Assembly: GCA_027067555.1 (NCBI GenBank)
Contig: JAMOVU010000070.1
Location: 63,461 to 127,460 of the forward strand
DNA: 64,000 bases
Direction of reading: 5' to 3'
From: Candidatus Aminicenantes bacterium
GTDB taxonomy: Bacteria; Acidobacteriota; Aminicenantia; JAMOAD01
In this document: positions 18,313-28,697 of the stretch, piece after piece
How positions within the stretch are numbered: the stretch's first letter is position 1
Layout of the letters: every line of letters begins with the position of its first letter
The notes under the pieces: model-generated
What the model saw: the letters and a program-made list of their open reading frames with translations, nothing else
What the model was told of the DNA's origin: nothing
Databases searched by the model: none
Translations under genes and position numbers: made by a program

Positions 18313-19514
18313 TTTACCTCCCTTTCAATTATTTCCCTTGTATCCCTTGCTATTACAAGCTCTTCATTGGTTGGCACCACTAAAATTCTGACCTTAGAAT
18401 CTTTATCCGAAATATCAACCTCCTTCTTTTTAGCTTTTTTATTCTTTTCCTTATCTAAAATTATACCAAAAAAATCCAATCCTTCAAGTGCCTTTTCTCT
18501 AATAAAAGATGAGTTTTCACCGATCCCCCCTGTAAAAACTATTATATCCGCTCCTCCCAAAACAGCTAAATATGCTCCTATGTATTTTTTTAAGCGATAA
18601 GCATAAATGGTAAGAGCGAGCTCTGCTCTCTTTTCTCCATTTAATGCGGCTTTTTCAAGATCTCTCATATCACTTGAAATTCCGGAAATTCCCAGAACTC
18701 CGCTTTTTTTGTTTAACAAATTATCTATTGAAGTGGCACTCATCTTTTTTTCTCTTAAAAGAGCTACGGGAATAGCAGGATCAAGATCCCCACTCCTTGT
18801 TCCCATCACAAGGCCTTCAAGAGGAGTATATCCCATAGAGGTATCCATTGATTTACCACCAGAAATAGCAGTTATAGAGGCTCCATTCCCAAGGTGAGCT
18901 GAAATAATTTTCACTTTATTATAATCCATTTTAACAAGCTGAGCGGCTCTTTTCGAAACATATCTATGGGAGGTTCCATGAAAGCCGTATCTTCTAATCT
19001 TCTGTTTTTCGTAAAGTTCATAGGGAAGAGCATAAAGAAAAGCATAATTTGGTATAGTCTGATGAAAGGAAGTATCAAAAACAGCCACCTGAGGAATTTC
19101 GGGTAAAATTTTTGACATCGCTTTTATTCCCATAATATTAGCTGGATTATGAAGAGGGGCTAATGGAATACACTCTTCCAATCTTTTCATCACTTCCTCT
19201 GTTATAAGAGATGATTCCGTAAAATACTCTCCACCATGAACAACCCTATGTCCCACCGCTTTAATCTCTTTTATATCATTAATCACACCATAATCTTCAT
19301 CCACAAGTACCTTTAATATTAATTCAACAGCTTCATCATGATCATTTATCTCTCTCTCAATAAAAAGATCTTTCCTTTCAGTTATATGCTTTAATCTCGA
19401 CCCATCAAGACCTATTCTTTCAACTATTCCTTTTGCTAAAACCTCTTCTTTATCAATATTAAAGAGTTGATACTTAACCGATGAAGAACCACTATTGAGG
19501 ACCATTATGATCAT
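18309..19514 (-). CDS. ackA: Acetate kinase
   Basis: N-terminus is MVLNSGSSSVKYQLF. Conserved acetate/propionate kinase core follows (RVVHGG, HLGNGASI, GLVMGTRSGDLDP, VFTGGIGENS). Its stop overlaps the HEAT-repeat gene start by 4 nt. Confidence 0.9.
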   Translation of the reverse strand: MIIMVLNSGSSSVKYQLFNIDKEEVLAKGIVERIGLDGSRLKHITERKDLFIEREINDHDEAVELILKVLVDEDYGVINDIKEIKAVGHRVVHGGEYFTESSLITEEVMKRLEECIPLAPLHNPANIMGIKAMSKILPEIPQVAVFDTSFHQTIPNYAFLYALPYELYEKQKIRRYGFHGTSHRYVSKRAAQLVKMDYNKVKIISAHLGNGASITAISGGKSMDTSMGYTPLEGLVMGTRSGDLDPAIPVALLREKKMSATSIDNLLNKKSGVLGISGISSDMRDLEKAALNGEKRAELALTIYAYRLKKYIGAYLAVLGGADIIVFTGGIGENSSFIREKALEGLDFFGIILDKEKNKKAKKKEVDISDKDSKVRILVVPTNEELVIARDTREIIEREVK

Positions 19515-19536
19515 TCTTTCCTCCTATTTTTCATTA

Positions 19537-19564
19537 ATTATAATTCTAACAAAAATCCGAACAA
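19537..19564 (-). promoter_or_regulatory. Candidate sigma70-type promoter for ackA (minus strand: TTGTTC, 16-nt spacer, TATAAT)
   Basis: Minus-strand reading is TTGTTCggatttttgttagaatTATAAT. It lies about 20 nt upstream of the AGGAGG RBS and the ackA ATG. Confidence 0.35.
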
Positions 19565-19614
19565 TTTTCTATTATCAAAGTAGATTTAGACCCCCTATAA
19601 AAAATAATCTATAT

Positions 19615-19947
19615 TTAATTAAAAAAAATCGAATATGGTCTTTTTATATAATTCTCCAATTCTTTAATTCCTATATACCTACTTTTTCTAAAAAATTCTT
19701 TACCCTCAAAAAACACAAGGATCGTAGGTATGGTAAAAATCGACAGATTGGCTGCAAGTTCTTTTGCTTTTTCAACATCAATATAATAAAATTCTATTTC
19801 CCCAAAATTTTCCTTCAACATATTTTTAACTTTCGGTTTAAGAACTTTACACACATTACAGGTAGGTGTTGAAAAATAAAAGAGAACACCCTGTTTTTCT
19901 TCCAAAATCCTATTAAAATCATCCATTCTCTCAACAACCTTTTCCAT
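19615..19947 (-). CDS. Thioredoxin-fold protein (CxxC)
   Basis: 110 aa. Active-site-like TPTCNVCK motif in a thioredoxin-length protein. Confidence 0.6.
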   Translation of the reverse strand: MEKVVERMDDFNRILEEKQGVLFYFSTPTCNVCKVLKPKVKNMLKENFGEIEFYYIDVEKAKELAANLSIFTIPTILVFFEGKEFFRKSRYIGIKELENYIKRPYSIFFN

Positions 19948-19995
19948 CTTTTACTCCTTTTTTTGGGGTATTATAGCAAAAAAAATGCAAAATTT

Positions 19996-20796
19996 TTAAG
20001 AATGTCTCTCTTTTTTCTTTATCCTAATCCAGAAATACAAGCCGCCAAAAAAACCAATTAATGAAATAAATTGAGGAACAGAAAGTGAAGAGAAGGGGTG
20101 ATCTATTCCTCCGAAAATATATCCTCTGTCAGGATCTCCTCTGAAAAATTCAAGAACAAATCTTATTACCGCATAATTCATAACATAAAGAATAAAGACA
20201 GTACCATCATATTTCTTTTTCCTATAAAAAATAAAAAGAACAACAAAGTTTACAAAATTTAAGATTGATTCCATAAGCTGGGTAGGGTAAATCTTGGTGA
20301 AAAGAGGAACTCCCGTGTTTTGATGGGCAATCGGATTTTTAAAAATAACTCCGATTGGAGAATCGGTTGGTCTTCCATAGCAACATCCGGCCGAAAAACA
20401 CCCCAATCTCCCAAAACCATGCCCCAATGCAATATAGGGAGCAATTATATCAGCAAGTTTTAAAAGAGGTAATTTTTTTCTTTTTGCATAAAAGATTGCA
20501 AAAGGTAATCCAAAAACTATCCCTCCATAAAAAGTACCACCGGATCTTAGAATATCAGAAAAAAAAGTGGGAGATTTTAACATTTGAGGATTTGTAATTA
20601 CCAACAAAAGCTTTGCTCCCAAAATACCAATAACTACACTCCAAAAAATAAGATCTGAAAATTTATCTGTATCTATACCCTCTTTCTTTGCTGTCCAAAG
20701 AGAGAGAAAAATTCCCGAGCCTATTCCAAGAGCAAACATAAAACCATAAGTATAAATTGTAATTCCAAATATTTTAATCAGTACCGGGTGCATCAT
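19996..20796 (-). CDS. lgt: Prolipoprotein diacylglyceryl transferase
   Basis: Lgt signature GHGFGRLGCFSAGCCYGRPT. Polytopic, 266 aa. Confidence 0.85.
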   Translation of the reverse strand: MMHPVLIKIFGITIYTYGFMFALGIGSGIFLSLWTAKKEGIDTDKFSDLIFWSVVIGILGAKLLLVITNPQMLKSPTFFSDILRSGGTFYGGIVFGLPFAIFYAKRKKLPLLKLADIIAPYIALGHGFGRLGCFSAGCCYGRPTDSPIGVIFKNPIAHQNTGVPLFTKIYPTQLMESILNFVNFVVLFIFYRKKKYDGTVFILYVMNYAVIRFVLEFFRGDPDRGYIFGGIDHPFSSLSVPQFISLIGFFGGLYFWIRIKKKERHS

Positions 20797-21262
20797 CCCT
20801 CCTAAAAATCTCTATAATTATTAAAACAATGACCCCAACAGTAATAAAAGAATCCGCCACATTAAAAACAGGCCAGCTCCAACTCCTGTAATAAACTTCA
20901 ATAAAATCCACCACTCTTCCTCTTACCACTCTATCAAATATATTCCCGAGCGCTCCTGCAATAATAAAAACCATAAAAATTTCGGATAAAAAATGATTTT
21001 CTGATTTGTAAAACAAAACAATTAACACAATAAGAGCTGTAATTGAAATTATTGTTATAATTGTAGTAATAAAGGGGCTCTTGTGAGAGGATAAAAAACC
21101 AAACACAACTCCCTTGTTATAAGTTTTTGTTATTCTCAAAAAACCGGGGATAATCTCCACATATTGGTATAAAGCAATTTTTTTATCAATCAAATACTTT
21201 GTTATTTGGTCGAGAACAAAAATAAAAATACCTATCGGTAAATATGTGTAAAACTTTTTCAT
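20774..21262 (-). CDS. lspA: Lipoprotein signal peptidase II
   Basis: Motifs NKGVVFGF and FNVADSFITVGV. Four TM segments. It sits immediately downstream of ileS, the classic ileS-lspA pairing. Confidence 0.85.
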   Translation of the reverse strand: MKKFYTYLPIGIFIFVLDQITKYLIDKKIALYQYVEIIPGFLRITKTYNKGVVFGFLSSHKSPFITTIITIISITALIVLIVLFYKSENHFLSEIFMVFIIAGALGNIFDRVVRGRVVDFIEVYYRSWSWPVFNVADSFITVGVIVLIIIEIFRRDDAPGTD

Positions 21263-24027
21263 TAAGAATCAAGCTCCCTTACGACAACAGCACATCTCGG
21301 GCAGAGTTCAGGATAATCTTTATCCTCCCCTATATGAAGAGAATAATTCCAGCATCTTGGGCATTTCTTAGCTTCAAATTTTTCAGCCTTTATCTCAATT
21401 TTATCATTCTTTTGAATTTCAACATCAGAAACAACAAGAATCTCTTTAACTATATCTTCATACTTTTTGACTATCAAATAATCTTTCTCTGGTAAGCCTA
21501 TAATAACTTTTGCTTCAAGAGAGTCTTTTATTATCTTATCTGTTCTTTTATTTTCAAGCTCTTTTAACACAAGTTCTCTTATTTCCATTATCTTCTCAAA
21601 TTCCTCTCTATCTACATCAGATAAAAAGGCTTTTCCTCCCTCCTCTATCTTTTCAAGATGGATTGAATCTTTTTTTCCTTTAAAAATGGGAAGATAAGAG
21701 TAAGCCTCTTCTGTAGTAAAAGGTAAGATAGGAGCCATAAGAATAAGTGTACCTTTTAAAATTTCAAACATAACATATTGAGCAGCTTTTCTCTTGGAAT
21801 CATTAGGAAGATTGCAATAAAGTACATCTTTTTTAATATTCAAATAAAAAGAGCTTAAATCAACAACAAAAAAATTATAAATAAGATGATAGATCTTGTA
21901 AAATTGAAAGTTTTCATAGGCCTTTATTATATTTTCCTTTAACTCATAGTATTTTTCAAGTATGTATTTATCCACTACAGAAAGAGCTTCTTTTCCTTCT
22001 TCCTTGTCGGGCTCATAATCATTGAGATTTCCAAGCATAAATCTCCATGTATTTCTCATCTTTTTATAAGCTTCGGTTAACCCAGCAAGAATTTTCTTCC
22101 CTAATTTCAAATCTTCCTGATAATTTACCATAGCAACCCAAAGCCTGATTATCTCAGCCCCTTTATCTTTAATAATTTCCTGAGGCTCAATAACATTTCC
22201 CATTGATTTTGACATTGCTCTTCCCTTTTCATCCAAAACCCATCCGTGAGTAATTACTGTTTTATAAGGGGAAGAATCTTTCGCAGAAACGCCGACCAAA
22301 AGGGAACTCTGAAACCATCCTCTGTACTGGTCATTTCCTTCAATATAAATATCCGCCGGATATCGGTGTCCCTCTCTGTATTCAAGAACCGAATGGCTTG
22401 CACCTGATTCAAACCAAACATCTAAGATATCTTCCTCTTTTTTTAAGTTTGTTGAACCACAGTGAGGGCACTTATAGCCCTCCGGTAAAAACTCCTTTTC
22501 ATCAAGTTCAAACCAGGAATTGGACCCCTTCTCTTTAAAAACTTCAGCAACCTTTAAAGCTATATCTTTATCTATTATGGTATTTCCACAGTCTTTACAA
22601 TAAAAAGCAGGTATAGGAACACCCCATGCACGCTGTCTTGAAATACACCAATCTGGCCTATTTTCCACCATGTTTTTTATTCTTTCCTCACCCCATTCTG
22701 GAAGCCATCTTACCTTAGTGATTTCTTCTTTAGCCTTATCCCTTAACTCACCCTTATCAAGAGAGATAAACCATTGCTCGGTTGCTCTGAAAATTATAGG
22801 GTTCTTACATCTCCAGCAATGGGGATAGGAATGCTCTATATCTTCGGATAAAATTAGCTTTCCCTCCTTTTTCAAATCTTCCACTATTAAAGGATTTGCT
22901 TCAAAAACATGAATACCTTTATATTTCTCAACAGTATTATCAAATTTTCCTTCATCATCAACAGGAGCATATATTTCAAGATCATATTTTAAACCAGTTA
23001 AATAGTCTTCCTCTCCATGTCCGGGAGCAGTATGGACACAACCGGTTCCCTGCTCAAGGGTAACATAGTCAGCAAGGACAAAGACAGAATCCTTATTATC
23101 AAAAATAGGATGCTCTGCTTTTAAACCTTCAAAAATCTCTCCTTTTACCCTTTCAAGCGTTTTGTATTCTTCCCATCCGAACTTTTCAGTAATAACAGGT
23201 ACAAGCCTTGAAGCAGCTATATAAAGCTCTCCATTATATTCAAAAACATCATACTCAAAATCAGGATGAAGAGCTACTGCAAGGTTTGCAGGAAGAGTCC
23301 AGGGTGTGGTTGTCCATATTATTACATAAGAAATTTTGCCTTTGTATTGAGGAAATTTTTCCTCAAAATTTTTAATCTTAAATCTTACATATACAGAAGG
23401 ACTTTTGTGATCATGATATTCAATCTCAGCCTCAGCAAGGGCGGTTTTACATGAAGCACACCAATAAATAGGTTTCTTTTTTCTGTAAACATTACCTTTT
23501 TCAATAAAGGAGGCAAAGTATTTAATAATATAATATTCATATTCTTTATCTATTGTAAGATAAGGATTGCCCCAATCACCGAAAACACCCAATCTTTTAA
23601 AATCTTCCCTTTGAATATTTATATATTTTCTTGCGTAATCTTCACAGGCCTTTCTTATCTCAATTTTCTTCATTCCCTTTTTCTTTTCCCCCAATTCTGT
23701 ATCAACTTTCTTTTCAATAGGAAGACCATGACAATCCCAACCGGGGACATAGGGAGCTCTGTAACCTCTCATACTTTTATATTTAATTATAAAATCCTTC
23801 AATATCTTATTTAAAGCATGACCTAAATGTATTCGACCATTTGCATATGGCGGTCCATCATGCAAAATAAAAAGAGGAGAATCCTTTCTCTCTTCAAGAA
23901 TCTTGTTGTAAATATCCATCTCTTCCCATTTTGCAAGAAATTCAGGCTCTCTCTGATTAAGCTTTGCTTTCATAGGAAACTCAGTTTTTGGTAGATTTAA
24001 AGTTTCAACCCATTTTCTATCACCCAT
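21262..24027 (-). CDS. ileS: Isoleucyl-tRNA synthetase
   Basis: HIGH motif (GRIHLGHALNKILKD), KMSKS motif (KMSKSMGN) and a C-terminal zinc knuckle (CPRCWNY...CPRCAVV). 921 aa. Confidence 0.95.
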   Translation of the reverse strand: MGDRKWVETLNLPKTEFPMKAKLNQREPEFLAKWEEMDIYNKILEERKDSPLFILHDGPPYANGRIHLGHALNKILKDFIIKYKSMRGYRAPYVPGWDCHGLPIEKKVDTELGEKKKGMKKIEIRKACEDYARKYINIQREDFKRLGVFGDWGNPYLTIDKEYEYYIIKYFASFIEKGNVYRKKKPIYWCASCKTALAEAEIEYHDHKSPSVYVRFKIKNFEEKFPQYKGKISYVIIWTTTPWTLPANLAVALHPDFEYDVFEYNGELYIAASRLVPVITEKFGWEEYKTLERVKGEIFEGLKAEHPIFDNKDSVFVLADYVTLEQGTGCVHTAPGHGEEDYLTGLKYDLEIYAPVDDEGKFDNTVEKYKGIHVFEANPLIVEDLKKEGKLILSEDIEHSYPHCWRCKNPIIFRATEQWFISLDKGELRDKAKEEITKVRWLPEWGEERIKNMVENRPDWCISRQRAWGVPIPAFYCKDCGNTIIDKDIALKVAEVFKEKGSNSWFELDEKEFLPEGYKCPHCGSTNLKKEEDILDVWFESGASHSVLEYREGHRYPADIYIEGNDQYRGWFQSSLLVGVSAKDSSPYKTVITHGWVLDEKGRAMSKSMGNVIEPQEIIKDKGAEIIRLWVAMVNYQEDLKLGKKILAGLTEAYKKMRNTWRFMLGNLNDYEPDKEEGKEALSVVDKYILEKYYELKENIIKAYENFQFYKIYHLIYNFFVVDLSSFYLNIKKDVLYCNLPNDSKRKAAQYVMFEILKGTLILMAPILPFTTEEAYSYLPIFKGKKDSIHLEKIEEGGKAFLSDVDREEFEKIMEIRELVLKELENKRTDKIIKDSLEAKVIIGLPEKDYLIVKKYEDIVKEILVVSDVEIQKNDKIEIKAEKFEAKKCPRCWNYSLHIGEDKDYPELCPRCAVVVRELDS

Positions 24028-24049
24028 AATTCACCTCCGACAAATGACT

Positions 24050-24078
24050 ATTGTAAACTATTATAGGGCTTTATGCAA
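24050..24078 (-). promoter_or_regulatory. Candidate sigma70 promoter for the ileS operon (minus strand: TTGCAT, 17-nt spacer, TACAAT)
   Basis: Minus-strand reading is TTGCATaaagccctataatagttTACAAT. RBS GGAGGTG lies 4 nt before the ATG. Confidence 0.4.
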
Positions 24079-24104
24079 TAAAGCGTTGAAGGGAAACAGA
24101 AAAA

Positions 24105-25061
24105 TTATTTAACAGTTATTAATTCAATAAAAGAGTAAAGAAGTTTCTCATCAAACCCTTCTCTATGCTCCAACATAAATTTGGCAGCTTCAATGGGCTC
24201 TTTTGCTTTCGAATAAGACCTTGTAGTTGTTATTGCATCAAAAACATCAACGATTGTACCAATCCTTCCAAAAAGAGAGATCTGCCTACCTTTCAAACCC
24301 TGAGGATAACCAGTCCCATTGAATTTTTCATGATGCTGGCCAATAATAAGCATACTCTGTTCGGATACAAGCCCGCTTTGCTTTGCAAGCTCAACTCCGT
24401 ACTCAGGATGCTTTTTCATTTCCTCCCATTCCGCAGGAGTAAGTTTACCGGGTTTATTAATTATTTTTGGATCAACCATTGATTTTCCCAGATCATGCAA
24501 AAGCGCTCCCACTCCCAACTCTCGTAAGGTTTTATCATCAAATGCTCCTATCTTATTCCCTAAAGCCACTGCAAATGTACAAACATTTACCGAATGTGTA
24601 AATGTATAATAATCATGAGCTCTTATCTGAAGGAGGTTTACAAAAGCATCAGGTCCACTTAAAATAAAGTCAACCGTATGATTAACAACTTCCTTTGATC
24701 TCTTTACAACCTCTCCCCTTTTCGGATGCTCAAAAATATCTTCCACAACATTAACAGCAGCTTCGTAAAGATATGTAGCTTTTACACGCTGATCTACATT
24801 TGGATCTTTTAAAATTCCATCAAGGTTTTTCTCCATATATTCTCTGTATTTTTTCCTGTCTTCTTTTTTTATGTATAAAAACTTTACCCCGCTTGCTTTT
24901 AAATTTTCAATATCATCCGCTGTTATTATTATATTTTTATCTCTGTACAAAACAAGCTTATCCTTTACTTTCATATAGAGACTAAAATTTACTATTGAAT
25001 CAGGTCTGAATTTCTCAAGACTTATCGGCATATAGTACAACTCGTATCTCGGACCAGTCAT
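24105..25061 (-). CDS. HD-GYP domain protein (candidate cyclic-di-GMP phosphodiesterase) with an uncharacterised roughly 130-aa N-terminal domain
   Basis: Motifs HDLGK and HHEKFNGTGYPQGLKG (the HD plus GYP signature). Confidence 0.8.
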   Translation of the reverse strand: MTGPRYELYYMPISLEKFRPDSIVNFSLYMKVKDKLVLYRDKNIIITADDIENLKASGVKFLYIKKEDRKKYREYMEKNLDGILKDPNVDQRVKATYLYEAAVNVVEDIFEHPKRGEVVKRSKEVVNHTVDFILSGPDAFVNLLQIRAHDYYTFTHSVNVCTFAVALGNKIGAFDDKTLRELGVGALLHDLGKSMVDPKIINKPGKLTPAEWEEMKKHPEYGVELAKQSGLVSEQSMLIIGQHHEKFNGTGYPQGLKGRQISLFGRIGTIVDVFDAITTTRSYSKAKEPIEAAKFMLEHREGFDEKLLYSFIELITVK

Positions 25062-25213
25062 TATACATTTTACTATAATAAAAAGAGGGATTCAATACAA
25101 AAAATCATTTTAATAATAAAAATGTTTCATTTGTTCTCTTTTGGCTCTTCTAAATAATCATCAAACTTTTTTAAAAAGCCTCAGTATGATAGAATTAGCC
25201 CACTGGAGTTATT

Positions 25214-26713
25214 ATGAAACCAAAATTTCAAATTTTTGTACCACCTCAGGGATATGTTGCTCAAAGATGGGAAGAGGGAAGTTCCATGCCACCTCTCGGA
25301 ATTCTTTTCCTTGCAGCTGTTTTAGAAAAAGAAGGATATGAAATTGAAATAGTTCCCGCTGATATTTTACGACTAAGCTGGAATGATATTGCAAAAAAGA
25401 TTGATGATTTTAAACCTGATGTTGTCGGTATAACGACAACAACAGAAAACAGATTTGAAAGTTTCAAACTTGCAAGGATAGCCAAAGAGACAAATCCAAA
25501 GATAATAACTCTTTTAGGCGGCCCCCATATTTCAATGGCAAGAGAAGATACTATAAAATATAGAAAAGAGGTTGATATTGTTTCAATCGGTGAAGGAGAA
25601 AACACTATAAAAGAGTTAGCAAAAGCTCTGGAAACACAGGATTCCCTTTATAAAGTAAAAGGACTGATTTTCAGAGATAATAATGAAATAATATTTACTG
25701 GAGAAAGACCAAGGATAGAGGATTTAGACACACTACCCTTTCCCGCAAGACATTTAATTCCAATGGAAAAATACAATTTTTATGTTGAAACGAGAGATGG
25801 GAAAAAGAGAAAAGCTCAGAATATAATGACTTCAAGAGGATGCCCCTTTAACTGTTATTTTTGTGCAACACCTGTGAATTGGGGTAGAAGGATGAGAGGA
25901 CATAGTCCTGAAAGAGTTATAAAGGAAATTGAAATTTTAGTAGAAAAGTATGGAGCAGAGTTTATCTGGTTTTATGATGATACCTTAAACTATAATAAAA
26001 AGAGACTTCACAAAATAATGGATATGATAATAGAAAGAAAATTCAATATTAAATTTGCAAATGAATTCAGAATAGATGTAGTAGATAAACCGCTTTTGGA
26101 AAAAATGAAAGAGGCCGGACTTGAACAGGGTTTTTTTGGCATTGAAGCTGGTTCTCCACGAGTTAGAAAAAACATTATTAGAAAAAATTTTGATATTGAA
26201 AAGGCTTATCAATTTTTGGAATGGTCAAAAGAATTGGATTTTATTCCCGGGCCATTTTTTATCTTTTCCCATCACACAGAAACATGGGAAGAGGCACAGG
26301 AAACATTAAGAATAATAGAAAAGGTAAAAGATATAAACCCAAATGCAGATATTTCAGTTGCAATTCTTCATATTTATCCCGGAACCCCTCTTGAGTACAT
26401 AGCAAAAGAGGAGGGAATTTTGCCAAAGGATTTTTCCTGGTCAAAAGAGGAAGACATGAAAAGGGTGGAAACTCTCCCCGCTGCTCAGGGAGAAGTTCCA
26501 CTTTTTAAAGATAAACTCTCCTGGTGGCAAATTGCGAATTTGGTGTTCAGATGGTCAGCTGTAAGCAAAAAAAGAATATCAAAATCAAAGATAAAAAAGG
26601 CAATAAAAGATATAAAAAAGCCAAAAGATCTTTTTGTCTATGGAATTTTCTTTTTAGCTCTTTTAAAGTATAAAATAATAAATCTTTTCAAAAAGAAACA
26701 GAGTCAAAAATAA
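25214..26713 (+). CDS. B12-binding-domain radical SAM enzyme (class B rSAM) with a C-terminal hydrophobic anchor
   Basis: N-terminal cobalamin-binding-like Rossmann region (LGILFLAAVLEKEGYEIEIV...VVGITT). Radical-SAM cluster motif RGCPFNCYFC. The C-terminal segment LFVYGIFFLALLKYKIINLF is hydrophobic. Confidence 0.8.
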   Translation: MKPKFQIFVPPQGYVAQRWEEGSSMPPLGILFLAAVLEKEGYEIEIVPADILRLSWNDIAKKIDDFKPDVVGITTTTENRFESFKLARIAKETNPKIITLLGGPHISMAREDTIKYRKEVDIVSIGEGENTIKELAKALETQDSLYKVKGLIFRDNNEIIFTGERPRIEDLDTLPFPARHLIPMEKYNFYVETRDGKKRKAQNIMTSRGCPFNCYFCATPVNWGRRMRGHSPERVIKEIEILVEKYGAEFIWFYDDTLNYNKKRLHKIMDMIIERKFNIKFANEFRIDVVDKPLLEKMKEAGLEQGFFGIEAGSPRVRKNIIRKNFDIEKAYQFLEWSKELDFIPGPFFIFSHHTETWEEAQETLRIIEKVKDINPNADISVAILHIYPGTPLEYIAKEEGILPKDFSWSKEEDMKRVETLPAAQGEVPLFKDKLSWWQIANLVFRWSAVSKKRISKSKIKKAIKDIKKPKDLFVYGIFFLALLKYKIINLFKKKQSQK

Positions 26714-28697
26714 TAACAAAAGGGAAGGTTCTTAAATCTTTCCTACTCTTTAATTTAATCTTTAAATAATAATAATATTTATCTCCCTTTTTATACACTT
26801 TTGGAGAATTAACAATTAAAATTTTTTCACTTATCGATCTAAACAAAAACTTTTTATCTCCAAAAAACACATAAGTATCGAATATATTGGTTGCTCCTCC
26901 GATTTTTAAACTAATTTTTTTAAGCTTTGAATATGAAGAAAATAAAAGTTTAAACCCTTTTTCCCTGTTGTGAACAATAAAAAATCCTTTTCCATTGTAC
27001 AAGAGTCTTAAATCCTTACTCAAATTGTAAAAGACAATTCCTTTAACTCTCCTCAACTTTAAAGGATTTTTTGCCTGTGGATACGGGAAAAGTACCCTTG
27101 AAATAAGAAAAAACAAAACTACCACATAAAAGATTATATTAACAAATAACTCTTTCTTTTTTAAATAATAAAAAAGGAGAGCCCCTGCCATTATACCAAA
27201 AATCCAGATAATATTTGGTAAATAGAAAAGATTGTTCGCAGCTCCCTTTATAAAGGAAGGAAGATAATTTGGAAAATATATATTCATATTACTGAGATAT
27301 ATAAAAAGAGCCGAAGCTCTCTCCTTAACCCCCGATGTAGTTGGTTGGTATAAAAAAAGAGGGTTGAATAATAGAATGAGAAATATGCCCAAAGAAATTG
27401 TTCCCAAAAGATAAAATAGTTTTTTGTTTGCCCGGTTTTCTTTAAAAAATTCATAAAGAATAATAAAAACAATCCACAAGACAGGAACAAGAGGTCTTGC
27501 CGGCGGAGAATAAGCTCCTCTTGATGTTAAAAAGGCATAGTAAAGAGAATAGGGTAAAAAAATAGTAAGAAAAAGCAATAATAATTTTCTGTTTCTTTTT
27601 AAGATATTAAAAGACAAGAATAGAAGAAAAAAATAAGGGGCATATAGTAAGAGACCGTCCCTTTGATCAAGAAAATAATCAAAAAAACTTTCCACCCTTA
27701 CATTAAAAGGAATTGAAAATATTATTCGAATCCATTTTTTACTATCGATTCCCTCATACACAAGAGTGGGAGAAAAACTTCCATAAATTAATTTAAGATA
27801 AATTGAATGTAAAATAAAAGTAAAAAAAGAAGGAAGAGCAAAAAGCCATATTTTTCTGCTTTTTTTATAGGTAAGATAAAAGAGGATAAATCCCAGTTCT
27901 ACAATCAAAAATTTAGTGTGGAAAAATATAAGGACTGATATCAATATCCCACTTAATAAAATCTTTTCTTTTTCTAACAAAAGATATGCCGAAAAACTTA
28001 TCAAAAGGGCAAATAATTCTGGATAAAGATGAATAGAATAAAAAAAGATAGGAGAAGAAAAATAAAAAATAGGCAAAAGAACAAATAAAGCATGCGGTTT
28101 CTCTTTACTATAAAGTTTAAAGAAGATAAAAATAAAAGCTAATCCAAAAATAGAGACGTAAGACCTTAAGATAAAGGTAGAAAGAAAATAATTCCTGTAT
28201 GCTAAAGCTTTTATCAAAAGATAAGAAGGAATAAGAAAAACAGAAAGAGCCGGCGAGTGAAAAGGGTACCATCCTTTCTCTTTTCTTCCAAAGTGTGTGT
28301 GAGGAGAAAGTTTTACAGGATGAAAAATATCGTATGATCTCTTTTTATAATTATCATAAAGATCAATATCACCATCTTCCACCAAAGACTGTGCGATAAT
28401 AAGATAGTGAGGTTCATCCCCTCCTAAATAAGGAAATCTTTTTGCAAAAAGAAGAATAAATATAAAGTTTAAACAAAAAAAACCAATAAAAAAAATTTTC
28501 TTTTTCTTAACTATTAATTTTAAAAAATCATTAAACAAACCCACAAAAAATGAAAAATTTTCAAAAACAAAGGAAAAGAGAATCAAAATAAAAAGAGCCA
28601 GAAGTCTTTCAAGGCAATCCTCTCTGAAAAAATACAAAAAATGCAAAAAAGGAGTTAAAAAAACAAAAAAAAGAGACTTATACTTTAACCGTGCCAT
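26688..28697 (-). CDS. Large polytopic membrane protein, GT-C-like (putative glycosyltransferase), with a C-terminal soluble domain
   Basis: At least 12 predicted TM helices. The first loop carries an acidic motif GGDEPHY...EDGDIDLYDNY. About 170 aa of soluble C-terminal tail. The family assignment is tentative. Confidence 0.35.
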   Translation of the reverse strand: MARLKYKSLFFVFLTPFLHFLYFFREDCLERLLALFILILFSFVFENFSFFVGLFNDFLKLIVKKKKIFFIGFFCLNFIFILLFAKRFPYLGGDEPHYLIIAQSLVEDGDIDLYDNYKKRSYDIFHPVKLSPHTHFGRKEKGWYPFHSPALSVFLIPSYLLIKALAYRNYFLSTFILRSYVSIFGLAFIFIFFKLYSKEKPHALFVLLPIFYFSSPIFFYSIHLYPELFALLISFSAYLLLEKEKILLSGILISVLIFFHTKFLIVELGFILFYLTYKKSRKIWLFALPSFFTFILHSIYLKLIYGSFSPTLVYEGIDSKKWIRIIFSIPFNVRVESFFDYFLDQRDGLLLYAPYFFLLFLSFNILKRNRKLLLLFLTIFLPYSLYYAFLTSRGAYSPPARPLVPVLWIVFIILYEFFKENRANKKLFYLLGTISLGIFLILLFNPLFLYQPTTSGVKERASALFIYLSNMNIYFPNYLPSFIKGAANNLFYLPNIIWIFGIMAGALLFYYLKKKELFVNIIFYVVVLFFLISRVLFPYPQAKNPLKLRRVKGIVFYNLSKDLRLLYNGKGFFIVHNREKGFKLLFSSYSKLKKISLKIGGATNIFDTYVFFGDKKFLFRSISEKILIVNSPKVYKKGDKYYYYLKIKLKSRKDLRTFPFVIIFDSVSF

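Noticed and set aside
24028-24104. Looked for a T-box leader or other riboswitch upstream of ileS.
   Set aside because: Only 78 nt separate ileS from the upstream HD-GYP gene. That is enough for the promoter and RBS I annotated but far too short for a T-box riboswitch of about 250 nt. No specifier or T-box consensus is visible.
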